Numbered from the stretch's first letter, positions 38,952 to 49,107 are shown. The stretch: DNA of 64,000 nucleotides from Chthonomonadales bacterium (GCA_037443035.1 JBBIPC010000003.1:161383-225382); one strand, 5' to 3'. Numbers and translations: made by a program. The notes: generated by a model from the sequence alone, not told the origin.

Positions 38952-40916
38952 ATGCCGATGCGAGCCTTGTTCTTGCTGGTGGTCGCAACCGGTGTAGCTT
39001 TGTCTTCACTGGCCGGGGCTCAGGACCAACCCCGACAGGTGACCATCACCGTAGATCCTGCCAAGCCCGGCCCTACCATCTCACCGTACCTTTACGGCCA
39101 GTTCATCGAGCATCTCGGTCGCTGCATTCGTCAGGGGATCTGGGCCGAGATGCTGCGCGACAGGAAGTTCCTACAAGAACCAGGCAAGTCATGGAAGGTT
39201 CAGAAGGCGGAAGGGGCTGACTTCGAAGTCTATCTGGATCCTGCTGCGGCCTACGCGGGTGAACATGGCATGGCCCTGAGGCTGAAAGGTACGGCATCTG
39301 GTCCTTGCGGTGTTCAGCAGACAGGGCTCGGTGTCGTGGCAGGCAAGGAATATGCGGGCTATGCAGTGCTCGCCTGGCAGGGTTCCAAGGCGCCCGTCTC
39401 TGTCACCCTGCGATGGGGCGATGGTCCTGGAGACGCGCAGACTGTCCAGTTGGAGCCTGGCCCCGTCTACCGCAAGCTCCCCTTCCGTTTCAAAGCCGCC
39501 CGGACGAGCGATGACGCGACCCTGAGCATCGCTCTAACCTCGCCAGGATGCCTCTGGATCGGCTGTGTGTCACTCATGCCTGCGGACAACATCCGCGGCA
39601 TGCGCGCCGATACGCTGGAGCTCGTCAAACAGATCGCGCCTCCCATCACCCGTTGGCCAGGAGGCAACTTTGTCTCCGGTTACAACTGGCGCGACGGCAT
39701 CGGCGATCGCGACCGGCGACCACCACGATGGGAACGCGCATGGAACGACATAGAGGACAATGACTTCGGGCTGGATGAGTTCCTGGACTTCTGCGGAGAG
39801 GTCAAGACCGAGCCATACATCTGCGTGAACGCTGGCCTGGGAAGTGCTCGGGACGCTGCCGACGAGGTCGAGTATGCGAACGGCTCCGCGAGAACGCCCA
39901 TGGGCGCCCTGCGTACGGCCAACGGGCATCCCCGACCTTACGGGGTGGTCTGGTGGGGAGTGGGTAACGAGATGTATGGCGACTGGCAGCTCGGTCACAT
40001 ACCCGTCGAGAGATACGCCGAGCGCCACAACGCGTTCGTGGCCGCCATGCGCGAGCGTGATCCCAGCATCAAGATCGTTGCGGTAGGAGCCCCCGGTCCG
40101 TGGAATGACACGCTGCTTGCGAGGTGCGCTGGCCATCTGGACCTGCTGAGCGGCCATCACTACTCCCAGCGCGGCCTCCGCATGCCCCTCTCCGAACAGG
40201 ATATGACCAAGTACGCTCAGCAGTGGCCTGGGTATTCCGCCAGCGTCGCCGCCGGTATCCGCACGATTGTCCAGGACTTCCGCAACCGAATGGACAAGGG
40301 AGACCGTCCCCTGGGACAGCTACGGCTGGCTGTGGACGAATGGGGCATCGTTCGCGACTGGAACCCTGCACCGGATGGACCGGGCATCGGCTCCTTCGAA
40401 CACTACTACTGTCTTGGCGATGCCATCGCTGCAGCTCGCGGCCTGCACGAAATCCTGCGGAATGCGGACGTCATCGGCATGGCCAACTGGGCCCAGCTCG
40501 TCAACGTCATTGCCACGATCAAGACCAGCCGCACCGAAGTCTCCATGGACCCCGTCGGTTATGTTCTTGCTGTCTATGGCGGCAATCTACGAGGCACCTT
40601 CATTCCTGTCGAAGCGCCCAAGGACGTTCCGCTGGACGTCGTCGCCGCGCGTGATACTGCCACGAACGAACTGGCTGTGGCCATCGTGAACTACTCGCTA
40701 ACGGAGGACGTCAATGTCGAACTGGCGATCCCAGGAGGCGTCGAACGGTCCTCGCTTGTCTGGCGCATTCAGGGGCGGTCTTACGCTGACACCAACGTGC
40801 CCGGACAACCAGAGAAGGTCACCCTGAGACCGTCGCGAGGTGTCATGTTGCCCGGCGAGCTGGAAGTGCCGCGCCATTCCATCGTTGTGGTCCGTTACAG
40901 CACAGGTAAGCGATAG
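38952..40916 (+). CDS. GH51 alpha-L-arabinofuranosidase
   Basis: YGQFIEHLGRCI..GIWAE, RWPGGNF, FGLDEF, WGVGNE, LAVDEW, ANWAQLVNVI; signal peptide. Confidence 0.92.
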   Translation: MPMRALFLLVVATGVALSSLAGAQDQPRQVTITVDPAKPGPTISPYLYGQFIEHLGRCIRQGIWAEMLRDRKFLQEPGKSWKVQKAEGADFEVYLDPAAAYAGEHGMALRLKGTASGPCGVQQTGLGVVAGKEYAGYAVLAWQGSKAPVSVTLRWGDGPGDAQTVQLEPGPVYRKLPFRFKAARTSDDATLSIALTSPGCLWIGCVSLMPADNIRGMRADTLELVKQIAPPITRWPGGNFVSGYNWRDGIGDRDRRPPRWERAWNDIEDNDFGLDEFLDFCGEVKTEPYICVNAGLGSARDAADEVEYANGSARTPMGALRTANGHPRPYGVVWWGVGNEMYGDWQLGHIPVERYAERHNAFVAAMRERDPSIKIVAVGAPGPWNDTLLARCAGHLDLLSGHHYSQRGLRMPLSEQDMTKYAQQWPGYSASVAAGIRTIVQDFRNRMDKGDRPLGQLRLAVDEWGIVRDWNPAPDGPGIGSFEHYYCLGDAIAAARGLHEILRNADVIGMANWAQLVNVIATIKTSRTEVSMDPVGYVLAVYGGNLRGTFIPVEAPKDVPLDVVAARDTATNELAVAIVNYSLTEDVNVELAIPGGVERSSLVWRIQGRSYADTNVPGQPEKVTLRPSRGVMLPGELEVPRHSIVVVRYSTGKR

Positions 40917-41035
40917 CCTGATTAGCGCTGCTCCGTACGAATCGGGCAGGATAGCCTGAGGGAAAAGCGCTCCTTCCATCGTCAGTAGTGTTAGGACAAG
41001 TATCGCCGGCCAGACCGGAACAGGAGGCGAACGAC

Positions 41036-42526
41036 ATGCTTACACGTCTAGGGGCAGTTGCTGCGCTGGTGGTGGCAACTGTGGCGGCATTGGCGCAACA
41101 GGAAGGCAAGGTCAGCAAGCCCACCAGCGTATCCCTGACAATCTACAACCAGAACTTCGGCGTGGTGAAGGATCGCCGTACCGTCGAGCTTGCCAAGGGT
41201 AGGACGCTCTTGATCGTGGAAGACGTGGCGCAGCTCATCGATCCCACAACTGTTCACTTCAAGTCCCTCACGGCGCCCAACGCCGTCGCGGTGCGGGAGC
41301 AGAACTATCAGTACGACCTCATCAACCCGACAACGATGCTGAATAAGTCCGTAGGCAAGCGGGTTACCATCCGTCAGAACCTCGGCAACGGTCAGCAGAA
41401 GGAGATCACGGGCGTCATACTGGCGCCGGTCACGGCAGCGGTGGCACAGACCGGCGGCGAAGGTGGCGGAAGCCAGACCACCTACAATGGGCTCGTCATC
41501 AAGACAGACGATGGACAACTTGTGCTCAATCCCTCCGGCGAGGTGAGTCTTCACGAGATGCCGGCGGGTCTTGTGCCCATTCCGCGCCTTGTATGGCTTG
41601 TGGACAGCGAACAGGCCGGTACGCACGACGCTGAGGTGTCGTACATGACCCAGGGACTCACGTGGCGCGCAGACTACGTCGTAGTACTCTCCTCGGATGA
41701 CAAGCTCGTGGACGTTACAGGCTGGGTCACACTGGACAACAAGAGTGGCGCCACTTACGAGAACGCTAACCTGCAGCTCGTCGCGGGCGATGTGCGCCGC
41801 ATTCAGCCGCCGCGACGTGGTGGGTTTGGCGGCGATGCGGTCGCCATGCAGGCGGCGAAAGCCGCTCCTCAGTTCCAGGAGGAACAACTCTTCGAATACC
41901 ACCTCTATACGCTCGACGGTACGACCACTGTCCGGAACAACGAGCAGAAACAGATGACGCTCCTGGCAGCCAACAAGGCACCTTGCACGAAGAAGTTCGT
42001 CTACGATGGCCGTCACGGCTTCTGGGGCATCTACAACCCCGACTACCGACCGGGCGAACAATGGGATACCAGCGACTACAAGAAGGTGAACGTGATCGTG
42101 GAAGTGAAGAACAGCAAGCCGAACCTGGGCATCCCACTTCCCAAGGGGCGTATGAGGCTTTACAAAGCCGATAGCAGAGGCAGCCTCCAGTTCATCGGCG
42201 AAGACGAGATAGACCACACTCCCAAGGACGAGACAATCCGACTGACGGTGGGCGACGCCTTCGACATTGTGGGCGAGCATAAGCGGACCAGCTTCCGAAG
42301 GATCGGCGAGAAGGAAGTCGAGGAGAGCTTCGAGATCACGATCCGCAACCATAAGGATGAGGAAGTGACGGTCTCTGTGATCGAGCACCTCTGGGCCGAC
42401 TGGCGCATTACCCAGAAGAGCACCGACTTCATCAAGCGGGACGCTCGCACCGTGGAATTCCCCGTGAAGGTGGCACCGAACGGTACGGCTACGGTAACCT
42501 ATACCGCGAGGACGCGCTGGCTATAA
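41036..42526 (+). CDS. DUF4139 domain-containing exported protein
   Basis: SLTIYNQNFGVVKDRR, EQNYQYDL, SYMTQGLTWRADY, GWVTLDNKSG, FEYHLYTL, LGIPLPKG, GEDEIDHTPKDE; ATG after AGGAGG. Confidence 0.85.
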   Translation: MLTRLGAVAALVVATVAALAQQEGKVSKPTSVSLTIYNQNFGVVKDRRTVELAKGRTLLIVEDVAQLIDPTTVHFKSLTAPNAVAVREQNYQYDLINPTTMLNKSVGKRVTIRQNLGNGQQKEITGVILAPVTAAVAQTGGEGGGSQTTYNGLVIKTDDGQLVLNPSGEVSLHEMPAGLVPIPRLVWLVDSEQAGTHDAEVSYMTQGLTWRADYVVVLSSDDKLVDVTGWVTLDNKSGATYENANLQLVAGDVRRIQPPRRGGFGGDAVAMQAAKAAPQFQEEQLFEYHLYTLDGTTTVRNNEQKQMTLLAANKAPCTKKFVYDGRHGFWGIYNPDYRPGEQWDTSDYKKVNVIVEVKNSKPNLGIPLPKGRMRLYKADSRGSLQFIGEDEIDHTPKDETIRLTVGDAFDIVGEHKRTSFRRIGEKEVEESFEITIRNHKDEEVTVSVIEHLWADWRITQKSTDFIKRDARTVEFPVKVAPNGTATVTYTARTRWL

Positions 42527-42547
42527 GCGACGTGTGCGCCGTAACCT

Positions 42548-42581
42548 AGCAGCCGCGTTTCCGCTGGGAGGCGCGGCTGCT
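42548..42581 (+). terminator. Stem-loop after the DUF4139 gene
   Basis: AGCAGCCGCG / CGCGGCTGCT inverted repeat, extendable by G-U pairs. Confidence 0.55.
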
Positions 42582-42628
42582 GCCATTCAGGAAGGTAGCG
42601 TCGGTGGAGGCGAGGTCCGGCTGGCTGG

Positions 42629-42658
42629 CGTAACCCTGCGGAGACGAGAGGCGTCTAA
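42629..42658 (+). promoter_or_regulatory. Putative autoregulatory ECF promoter (CGTAAC-N17-CGTCTAA)
   Basis: Directly upstream of an ECF sigma gene; ECF genes are commonly autoregulated. Confidence 0.6.
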
Positions 42659-42693
42659 AGCGTGCCGAAAGGTGGGACGGCAATCGGAGCACG

Positions 42694-43329
42694 ATGCACG
42701 CAAGCGACAAGGTCCTATATCCGACGCCGTGGAGCGGAAACGTGACCGGCGAGAAGACGGCGCCTCCTCTCGATCCAGACGAGGCCGCGATCGCACGCTT
42801 TCTTGCCGGTGACCGGAGCGGCTTCGACGAGCTTTTCGATCGGTACGCCGGATATGTGCACAGTATCGTCTATGGTGTGCTCGGCGACGAAGAGGCGGCC
42901 GCCGACGTCACGCAGGAGGTCTTTCTGCAGGTCTATCGTTCGCTCCATGTCTTCAGAAGGGGCGCCCGCTTTCCGACATGGCTCTACCGTGTGGCGCTGA
43001 ACAAGGCCCTGGATGCTGCGCGGAGTGCCAGGCGACGAAAGTTGGTTCCGCTCTCACCTTCGCTGGAGCAGACACGAGATACGGAAGGGGACCCTGCCGA
43101 GCATGACGAAGCGCGGGATCTGCGCCGGAGGGTCGAGAGCGTGCTTCAGAGCCTGCCGGTACACGATCGAGAGATCCTTGCCCTCCGGTATTTCCGCGAG
43201 CTATCCGTTAGCGAGATAGCGGAGGTCCTGCGATGCTCTCCCACGGCAGCGAAGGTCCGTCTCTTTCGTGCGCGCACCAGATTCAAGGAGGCGTACCACA
43301 AGATGTACCCGGAGGAGCGCGATGACTGA
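42694..43329 (+). CDS. ECF RNA polymerase sigma factor
   Basis: Region 2 AADVTQEVFLQVY...FPTWLYRVALNKALD; region 4 LPVHDREILALRY...SVSEIAEVL...AKVRLFRAR. GTG 42742 is an alternative start. Confidence 0.95.
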   Translation: MHASDKVLYPTPWSGNVTGEKTAPPLDPDEAAIARFLAGDRSGFDELFDRYAGYVHSIVYGVLGDEEAAADVTQEVFLQVYRSLHVFRRGARFPTWLYRVALNKALDAARSARRRKLVPLSPSLEQTRDTEGDPAEHDEARDLRRRVESVLQSLPVHDREILALRYFRELSVSEIAEVLRCSPTAAKVRLFRARTRFKEAYHKMYPEERDD

Positions 43330-44224
43330 ACTCCGGTGCCGCCAGGTACAGGCGGTCCTCGATGCCTATGTCGAGGGAGAGCTGGCAGCCTGCGAGGCGC
43401 TGGCGGTGCGGGCACACCTCGAAGGTTGCGGCGCATGCCGAGCCGAGCACAAGCGAATGTCGCGTGCATTGGCCGTGCTTTCCGCAGCGACGCCCCCTGC
43501 TGTTCCCGAACGAGTACGCAGGGGGGTGTACGCTCGCATTGTCCAACAAGACGCTAGACGCCCATGGCACTTGCGCCTGCGACCGGCGTTGGCGAGTGCC
43601 GCTGTCGTTGGGCTGGTTGTTGTTGGCTTCGCAATGGTGCGCCGAACCTCGGACAGGGTTGTGGTGGCTGCAAACACGCCGCCCACCCCAGCGGCACGTT
43701 CGCATCCTTCGCCGGTCGAAGTCCTGGAGCAGCCTGCCAGCGGCCGTGTCGCAGGAGATTCAAGAAGGCAACCGGCTTCCCTACGGCGGAGCCCTCCGCC
43801 CGTGACGCAAGCCCTGCGGACCACATCGAAGCCAGTGGTTCACGGCCGGCGCAACGTCGGGCAGGTATCGCCTATGCCGGAGAGTTTCCTCGACGTCGCA
43901 GACAGCCGTGGTATTACGGCGCGTGACCTCATAGAGGCCCGTTCGGGTCTGCCGGCCATCTTGCAGTCCCCACGTCCGGATGCCGCGAATCCGCGCGTGT
44001 CTAGTAGCCCCGCCACGCTCGGTGCGACACCGGTACCGTCTCTTCGGACAGAGGAGATGCTAAACGAACGAGTTCGTGTTGGAGATAGTGTCACAGAGCT
44101 TCACGGGGTGGCGCTATGGGACGCGAATGGTCGCTTGCGCGCCATGCGGGTTCGCGCCGAAACGGTCGAGGAAGACCATGAGCCGGAGACCGAGACCCGT
44201 GGGGAGTTAGGTGGATCGCCATGA
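43322..44224 (+). CDS. Zinc-binding anti-sigma factor (zf-HC2/ZAS) with one TM helix
   Basis: CRQVQAVLDAYVEGEL...HLEGCGAC (HxxxCxxC), TM segment, Pro-rich extracytoplasmic tail; overlaps the sigma gene. Confidence 0.88.
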   Translation: MTELRCRQVQAVLDAYVEGELAACEALAVRAHLEGCGACRAEHKRMSRALAVLSAATPPAVPERVRRGVYARIVQQDARRPWHLRLRPALASAAVVGLVVVGFAMVRRTSDRVVVAANTPPTPAARSHPSPVEVLEQPASGRVAGDSRRQPASLRRSPPPVTQALRTTSKPVVHGRRNVGQVSPMPESFLDVADSRGITARDLIEARSGLPAILQSPRPDAANPRVSSSPATLGATPVPSLRTEEMLNERVRVGDSVTELHGVALWDANGRLRAMRVRAETVEEDHEPETETRGELGGSP

Positions 44225-45105
44225 GTCCGAAGATAGTCATGACACTTCTAGCAGCCGCGAGTCTGGGGCTGACCGCCCCATCGTGGGCCCAGAACAGCGC
44301 ACGATCGGCTGCCCTGACGATCATCGAGGCTGGCTTTGCTGCGGATGGTACGACCCCTCGTTACACGCTGGAGGCGAACGGAGCCGATCTCCGAGACGTG
44401 CTATCCGCCCTCCTGCGCAAGACAGGCAAGGAGTTCGTCATCCATCAAGACGTGACAGGCCCCATCAGCCTCGTCCTCAAAGATAAGACGCTGCCCGATA
44501 TACTGAGCACGATCACGAAGATCACCAGACCGCAGGTAGAAATCCGGTTTGGGGACGTCATCACCGTCGCTGTTGCACCGCCTGTCATGGAATCGGGCAA
44601 CGCGCCCGTTGCGGCACAGTCCGCGCCCACAGTCAGCAGCAGAGTCGCCGCCATCCGGACATCTCAGATGCAGAGTGCAGCTACGCAGGTTCCACTGCTC
44701 GCCCAGCCGGTAACCCTATCTATCCCGGATGATCGCCCCGTGGCTCTACGGTCGGTGCTCCTGCAAGTCGAGGGCCAGACGCGGATCCCCATTCGCTTGG
44801 ATCCGCGCGTACCGGCGGACGTCGGTGTGGCCGCCAGGTTCACCGAGACGCCTCTCAGTCTCGTTCTCGACTCGATGGCGAGGACCGGAGCTCTCAAGTG
44901 GCAGCTCAGGCCGGACGGTACCATACTCATCGCACCCTCCGACTGGCTACTCGTGACGGTCCGTGGCGTTCCGGTTCTCGGGAACCCGTCCGGGGCGTGT
45001 CCGACGTGCGGGAAGCCGGTACTGCCCTCCTGGCGGTTCTGTCCTCATGATGGAACTCCGCTGGGCCAGCGTGGTCAGCGACAAGGAGCCCCTAGGGGCA
45101 GGTGA
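44221..45105 (+). CDS. Exported protein with two STN/secretin-N0-like domains and a C-terminal zinc-ribbon-like motif
   Basis: Signal peptide SWA; TLEANGADLRDVLSALLRKTGKEFVI..DVTGPISL; second repeat ALRSVL...TPLSLVLDSM...WQL; CPTCG...RFCPHDG. Confidence 0.7.
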   Translation: MSPKIVMTLLAAASLGLTAPSWAQNSARSAALTIIEAGFAADGTTPRYTLEANGADLRDVLSALLRKTGKEFVIHQDVTGPISLVLKDKTLPDILSTITKITRPQVEIRFGDVITVAVAPPVMESGNAPVAAQSAPTVSSRVAAIRTSQMQSAATQVPLLAQPVTLSIPDDRPVALRSVLLQVEGQTRIPIRLDPRVPADVGVAARFTETPLSLVLDSMARTGALKWQLRPDGTILIAPSDWLLVTVRGVPVLGNPSGACPTCGKPVLPSWRFCPHDGTPLGQRGQRQGAPRGR

Positions 45106-45857
45106 GAATCGCTCGCCGCGTCGCAGGAGCCCTTGCGATTGTCGCGGTGCTGGTCTGGGCACTGCGGGGGAGCGAGTTTCAGCCCGCCAAACTTGGCGAA
45201 GGCTTGGTCCGCGCCAGAGACTATGTGTCCCAGATGGTGCCACCCGACCTGTCCGAGCTGTCTCGAGCCTGGAGGGCGCTCATCGTCACGGTACAGATGG
45301 CGATCGTCGGAACGTTCCTGGGTAGCCTCTCTGCTCTCCCCGTAAGCTTCCTGGCAGCCCGTACTGCTGCGCTTCCACGGTGGTTCACCACAGCCGTCAA
45401 GACTTCTCTCAACGTTCTGCGTGCCATCCCTCCGCTGATCTACGCCGTCCTGTTCGTCTATATGGTCGGACTCGGCCCGTTCCCAGGTGCTCTCGGCATT
45501 GCGGTGGGCAGTTTCGTCATGCTGGCCAAGCTGTTTGCCGAGACTTTGGAAGGAGTACATCCGGCACCCATCGAGGCGGTGAAGGCGGTCGGGGGTAGCC
45601 CTGCCCAGGTCTTCGCCTATGGGATGCTGCCTCAGGCTCTCCCGAACTTTCTTTCGCACACTCTGTACGCATGGGAGCTGAACATCGGCGCAGCCACCAT
45701 TCTGGGCATCGTTGGAGCAGGGGGAATCGGCTTCGAGCTTGTTGCACAGATCAACTACTTCCAGTGGCAGAAGGTCGCAACGTACGTACTCATGCTCATT
45801 GCGATGGTCCTAGCGGCGGACGCATTGAGCTTCCAGATTCGCAAGCGGTTCATTTAG
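45102..45857 (+). CDS. phnE: Phosphonate/phosphite ABC transporter permease, PhnE-like
   Basis: PPDLS, TVQMAIVGT, SFLAAR, LNVLRAIP, GLGPFPGALGI, AKLFAETLE, PIEAVKAVG, WELNIGAATILGIVGAGGIG. Confidence 0.85.
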   Translation: MRIARRVAGALAIVAVLVWALRGSEFQPAKLGEGLVRARDYVSQMVPPDLSELSRAWRALIVTVQMAIVGTFLGSLSALPVSFLAARTAALPRWFTTAVKTSLNVLRAIPPLIYAVLFVYMVGLGPFPGALGIAVGSFVMLAKLFAETLEGVHPAPIEAVKAVGGSPAQVFAYGMLPQALPNFLSHTLYAWELNIGAATILGIVGAGGIGFELVAQINYFQWQKVATYVLMLIAMVLAADALSFQIRKRFI

Positions 45858-45918
45858 GGCCCGCCCTGCACCGGCTGCCATGCCAGGGCGGCACCCTCGG
45901 GATGAACGGAAGCGAACC

Positions 45919-46959
45919 ATGGCTGTAGGGAGAGCACGTCTTCTGCTTCTTTCTCTGGCGGCTACGCCCTTCGTCGTATGCGTCACCCATGCGCCGCGCC
46001 AGACAATCCCCCTTGTCCGGAGGACTTTTCTCACCGGCACGACACCAACCGTGGATCGAAGCCACAACCCAGCAGCGGCACTCCTGCTGAGTAAGGAGGT
46101 GGGTCGTGTCACGATGCTGTGGATGGAGCCGAATGGCGTCGGTCTCTACAATGGCCTTGCCCGAGCAGATCCATCCGCGAAGGTGACTCGTTTCGAGACG
46201 ATGGTTGCACTGGGTTTCATCCCGATTGTGACACTGAATCCGTGGACGGTCGCACCTGGCAGAGGTATTGTCCGCAACGACGGGTCGGGATCTGCCGACT
46301 TTCGGGATACCGGCTTTCGCCAGCGTATGTGCGATGAGGCATCTCGGATCGCGCGCCGCTTCCGACCACGCTACTTTTCCATTGGCAATGAGGTGAACAG
46401 CGTGTACGAGCAGCTCGGTGCCGAGCGGTTTGCCGAGCTGGCTGCGCTGGAGAAGGATCTTCACCGCGTCGTGAAGAAGGAATCGCCGGCTACGAAGGTA
46501 GTGGTCGTTCTGTCCTACTCGCAACTCGTAGACGTCCAGGGAGAGCCCCGTTTCAGGCTTGTTTCCGCCCTCCGGGGCAGTTACGACGTTCTGGGTTTGA
46601 CCACGTATCCGTGGAAGCGCTACGCCAGGCCAGCGGAGATGCCGCAGAACTACTACTCTCGTGTGACCGCCTTCACGGATGCACCGATCGGTTTCACGGA
46701 GATCGGGTGGAGCAGTGACGAGAGGCAAGGCGGCAGCGACGAGGAGCAGGTCGAATTCCTGGTAAGGTTCCTGGAACTGACGCGCGGCATGAAACTGGAA
46801 TTCGTGAACTGGGCGTTTCTCCACGACCTTCCGGAATCTGCGGTCACAGGGTTTGTCGTGCAGAGGAGCCATCTGGGACTCGGCCTCCGGCGCTACGACG
46901 GCACGCCCAAGCCGGTCTGGAGTCTGTTCAGGTCGCTGGCAGCCATGCCCGGGCCGTGA
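45919..46959 (+). CDS. Clan GH-A-like glycoside hydrolase (TIM barrel), family unresolved
   Basis: SIGNEVN, GLTTYPW, PIGFTEIGW, GLRRYDGTPKP; signal/anchor at the N-terminus. Start approximate. Confidence 0.7.
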   Translation: MAVGRARLLLLSLAATPFVVCVTHAPRQTIPLVRRTFLTGTTPTVDRSHNPAAALLLSKEVGRVTMLWMEPNGVGLYNGLARADPSAKVTRFETMVALGFIPIVTLNPWTVAPGRGIVRNDGSGSADFRDTGFRQRMCDEASRIARRFRPRYFSIGNEVNSVYEQLGAERFAELAALEKDLHRVVKKESPATKVVVVLSYSQLVDVQGEPRFRLVSALRGSYDVLGLTTYPWKRYARPAEMPQNYYSRVTAFTDAPIGFTEIGWSSDERQGGSDEEQVEFLVRFLELTRGMKLEFVNWAFLHDLPESAVTGFVVQRSHLGLGLRRYDGTPKPVWSLFRSLAAMPGP

Positions 46960-46994
46960 CCGCCGTGGCTAACACGACAAGGAGACCGCGCACT

Positions 46995-47999
46995 ATGGAT
47001 GCAGGCGCTCTCATCACCACTTCTGATCAGGAATTCGGTCTGCTCCCGGTCGTCTTGCCTGACCCCGGGCCGGACGACGTGCTAGTCCGCACGTTGTGGT
47101 CGGGGGTCAGCATCGGCACCGAGTTCGCGCTGATACGCGGGAAGCTGACCTGGGGGCCCTATCCCCTCTGCACTGGTTACCAGGCCGTTGGCGTTGTGGA
47201 GCGCGTCGGTGCGAACGTCGAAGCGTTTCAGGTCGGTGACCGGGTCTACTACCGCGACAACCGACGGATGACGCTGACCGATGGCACGCCGGTTTCGTCG
47301 GTGTCCGGTACCCATTGCAGCTACGCAGTCATTGACCCGCGCACGAGCCACGGCATAGCTCACCTGCCCGCTGGAGCACCCGAGGATGCCGCGTCACTTT
47401 TCGTCATGCCCGCAGTGGGACTCCACGGTGTGGACCTCTCGCAGGTGAGGCTGGGCTCGAGGGTGGTGGTGTATGGCGTGGGGCTGATCGGCCTTGGAGT
47501 AGTCGCTGCATGCGCCGCGCGTGGTTGCGAAGTTATCGCCGTGGATCTCGACGATTACCGTCTCCAGGTTGCCCGGCGACTCGGCGCCGACCATCTCATC
47601 AACGCCGCGACAAATGACGTGCGTGTCGCGGTTCTGCGGATCGCACCCGAGGGAGCCGATGCTGTTTTCGAGACGACGGGATTGCCTTCGCTCATCCAAC
47701 CCGCCATCGAACTCTGTCGAGAGCGTGGGGTGTTCGTCTGGCAGGGCAATTACGGCAAAGACCCATTTCCTTTCAGCTTCCTGCCTGCCCACGGAAGAAG
47801 ACTGACCATGGTGTTTCCGTGCGACGACGGTCATGTGCCAAGCCGTCGCTCGGTGGTGAAGGCCATGACCCTTGGTACGCTTCCCTGGGGCGAGACCATC
47901 ACTCACCGGGCGGAGGCATCGGAGGCACCTGCACTCTACCGAGGCATCCTAGCGGGCACGCTGAACGTCCTAGGCGCCGTGATCCACTGGTCAGACTGA
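46995..47999 (+). CDS. Medium-chain dehydrogenase/reductase (zinc-binding alcohol dehydrogenase superfamily)
   Basis: VLVRTLWSGVSIGTE, GYQAVGVV, VGDRV, GVGLIG Rossmann motif, FETTG; ATG after AAGGAG. Confidence 0.88.
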   Translation: MDAGALITTSDQEFGLLPVVLPDPGPDDVLVRTLWSGVSIGTEFALIRGKLTWGPYPLCTGYQAVGVVERVGANVEAFQVGDRVYYRDNRRMTLTDGTPVSSVSGTHCSYAVIDPRTSHGIAHLPAGAPEDAASLFVMPAVGLHGVDLSQVRLGSRVVVYGVGLIGLGVVAACAARGCEVIAVDLDDYRLQVARRLGADHLINAATNDVRVAVLRIAPEGADAVFETTGLPSLIQPAIELCRERGVFVWQGNYGKDPFPFSFLPAHGRRLTMVFPCDDGHVPSRRSVVKAMTLGTLPWGETITHRAEASEAPALYRGILAGTLNVLGAVIHWSD

Positions 48000-48109
48000 G
48001 CGGGGGAATACCGCCTCGCGGGGGCGCTTCGTCTCAGCTGTCCTATCTGGCTCTCTGTTGAGTCAGTCCGCCGCGCGGGCGTTGGAGACGGATAATAATA
48101 TCCTCATAT

Positions 48110-48136
48110 CGGAACTCCCGAGCCTATTGTTACGTA
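48110..48136 (+). promoter_or_regulatory. Putative ECF-sigma promoter (CGGAAC-N17-CGTA)
   Basis: Intergenic, preceded by an AT-rich palindrome, about 90 nt upstream of the prepilin-like gene. Confidence 0.55.
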
Positions 48137-48227
48137 TTGCACAGATTGAGGCGTCTCGCCGTGCGTTCCTGCCATCGCCCGCCGATGCTGCTCCGAGTCG
48201 CCGCAACACCCAGACGGAGGACCGTCC

Positions 48228-49004
48228 GTGCACACACGTAGCATCCATCGCGTCCAGGCCTTCACCCTCATCGAGCTTCTCGTGGTGATCGCCATCATCG
48301 CCATCCTGGCGGCCATCCTCTTCCCAGTTTTCGCACAAGCCCGGGAGAGCGCCAGGAAGACCCAGTGTCTCTCCAATATCCGGGAGATCGGCATCGGTGC
48401 GCAGATGTACAGCCAGGATTACGACGACATGGTGATGCCTGTAGCCACCGTTTCCGGCATGACTGTCTACTACTGGTGGGCCTCGTATGACGGCATCACT
48501 AACACGCGGAACGATGCTGGCGGACTCCTCTACCCCTACATGCGGAACAGCCAGATCAACGCCTGTCCGTCCTTCCGCAACGATCTGAGGCCGACCATCG
48601 GCCTCACAGGGTACGCCTACAACTACCGGTACCTGTCGCCGTACGTCCAGACGGGTCCGTTCACCTTCGACATACAGCCCGTGTCCATGGCCGCTATCCA
48701 GAAGTCATCCGAGACAGTGTTCCTTGCTGACTCCGCCCGTCTCAACTACAGATTCACGCCTCCGCGTTTGGAGTCTCAAACGTTCCTGGACCCACCATCG
48801 GCCAACAATCCCGGATTCCAGGGGCGCCACCTCGGCACCGGTATGGTCGCGTGGTGCGATGGACACGCCAAGTCCTTCGTACCGGCATATCGGAACGGCG
48901 TGTTCGGCCCTGGCTACGATGCGGCTCTCTTCCGCTCGTATGTACTAGGCGACATTGACACCGACGGGGATATGACCACCGACGAGTTCTTCGACTTGCA
49001 GTAG
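48228..49004 (+). CDS. Prepilin-type N-terminal cleavage/methylation domain protein (DUF1559 / H-X9-DG family)
   Basis: [68 protein letters not shown]. Confidence 0.92.
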   Translation: MHTRSIHRVQAFTLIELLVVIAIIAILAAILFPVFAQARESARKTQCLSNIREIGIGAQMYSQDYDDMVMPVATVSGMTVYYWWASYDGITNTRNDAGGLLYPYMRNSQINACPSFRNDLRPTIGLTGYAYNYRYLSPYVQTGPFTFDIQPVSMAAIQKSSETVFLADSARLNYRFTPPRLESQTFLDPPSANNPGFQGRHLGTGMVAWCDGHAKSFVPAYRNGVFGPGYDAALFRSYVLGDIDTDGDMTTDEFFDLQ

Positions 49005-49107
49005 AGCTCCGCACAATCAGATGGTCCGCGTGGGCGTCCCGAGCGCCCGGTGAGAGGTACAATGCCGTCGTAAGTCAGGCAAAGTCCGCCTGGCTTGCGA
49101 ACGGCAC

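Noticed and set aside
48000..48227. Cobalamin or other riboswitch before the prepilin-like gene
   Set aside because: No B12-box or other recognisable aptamer core found by eye.
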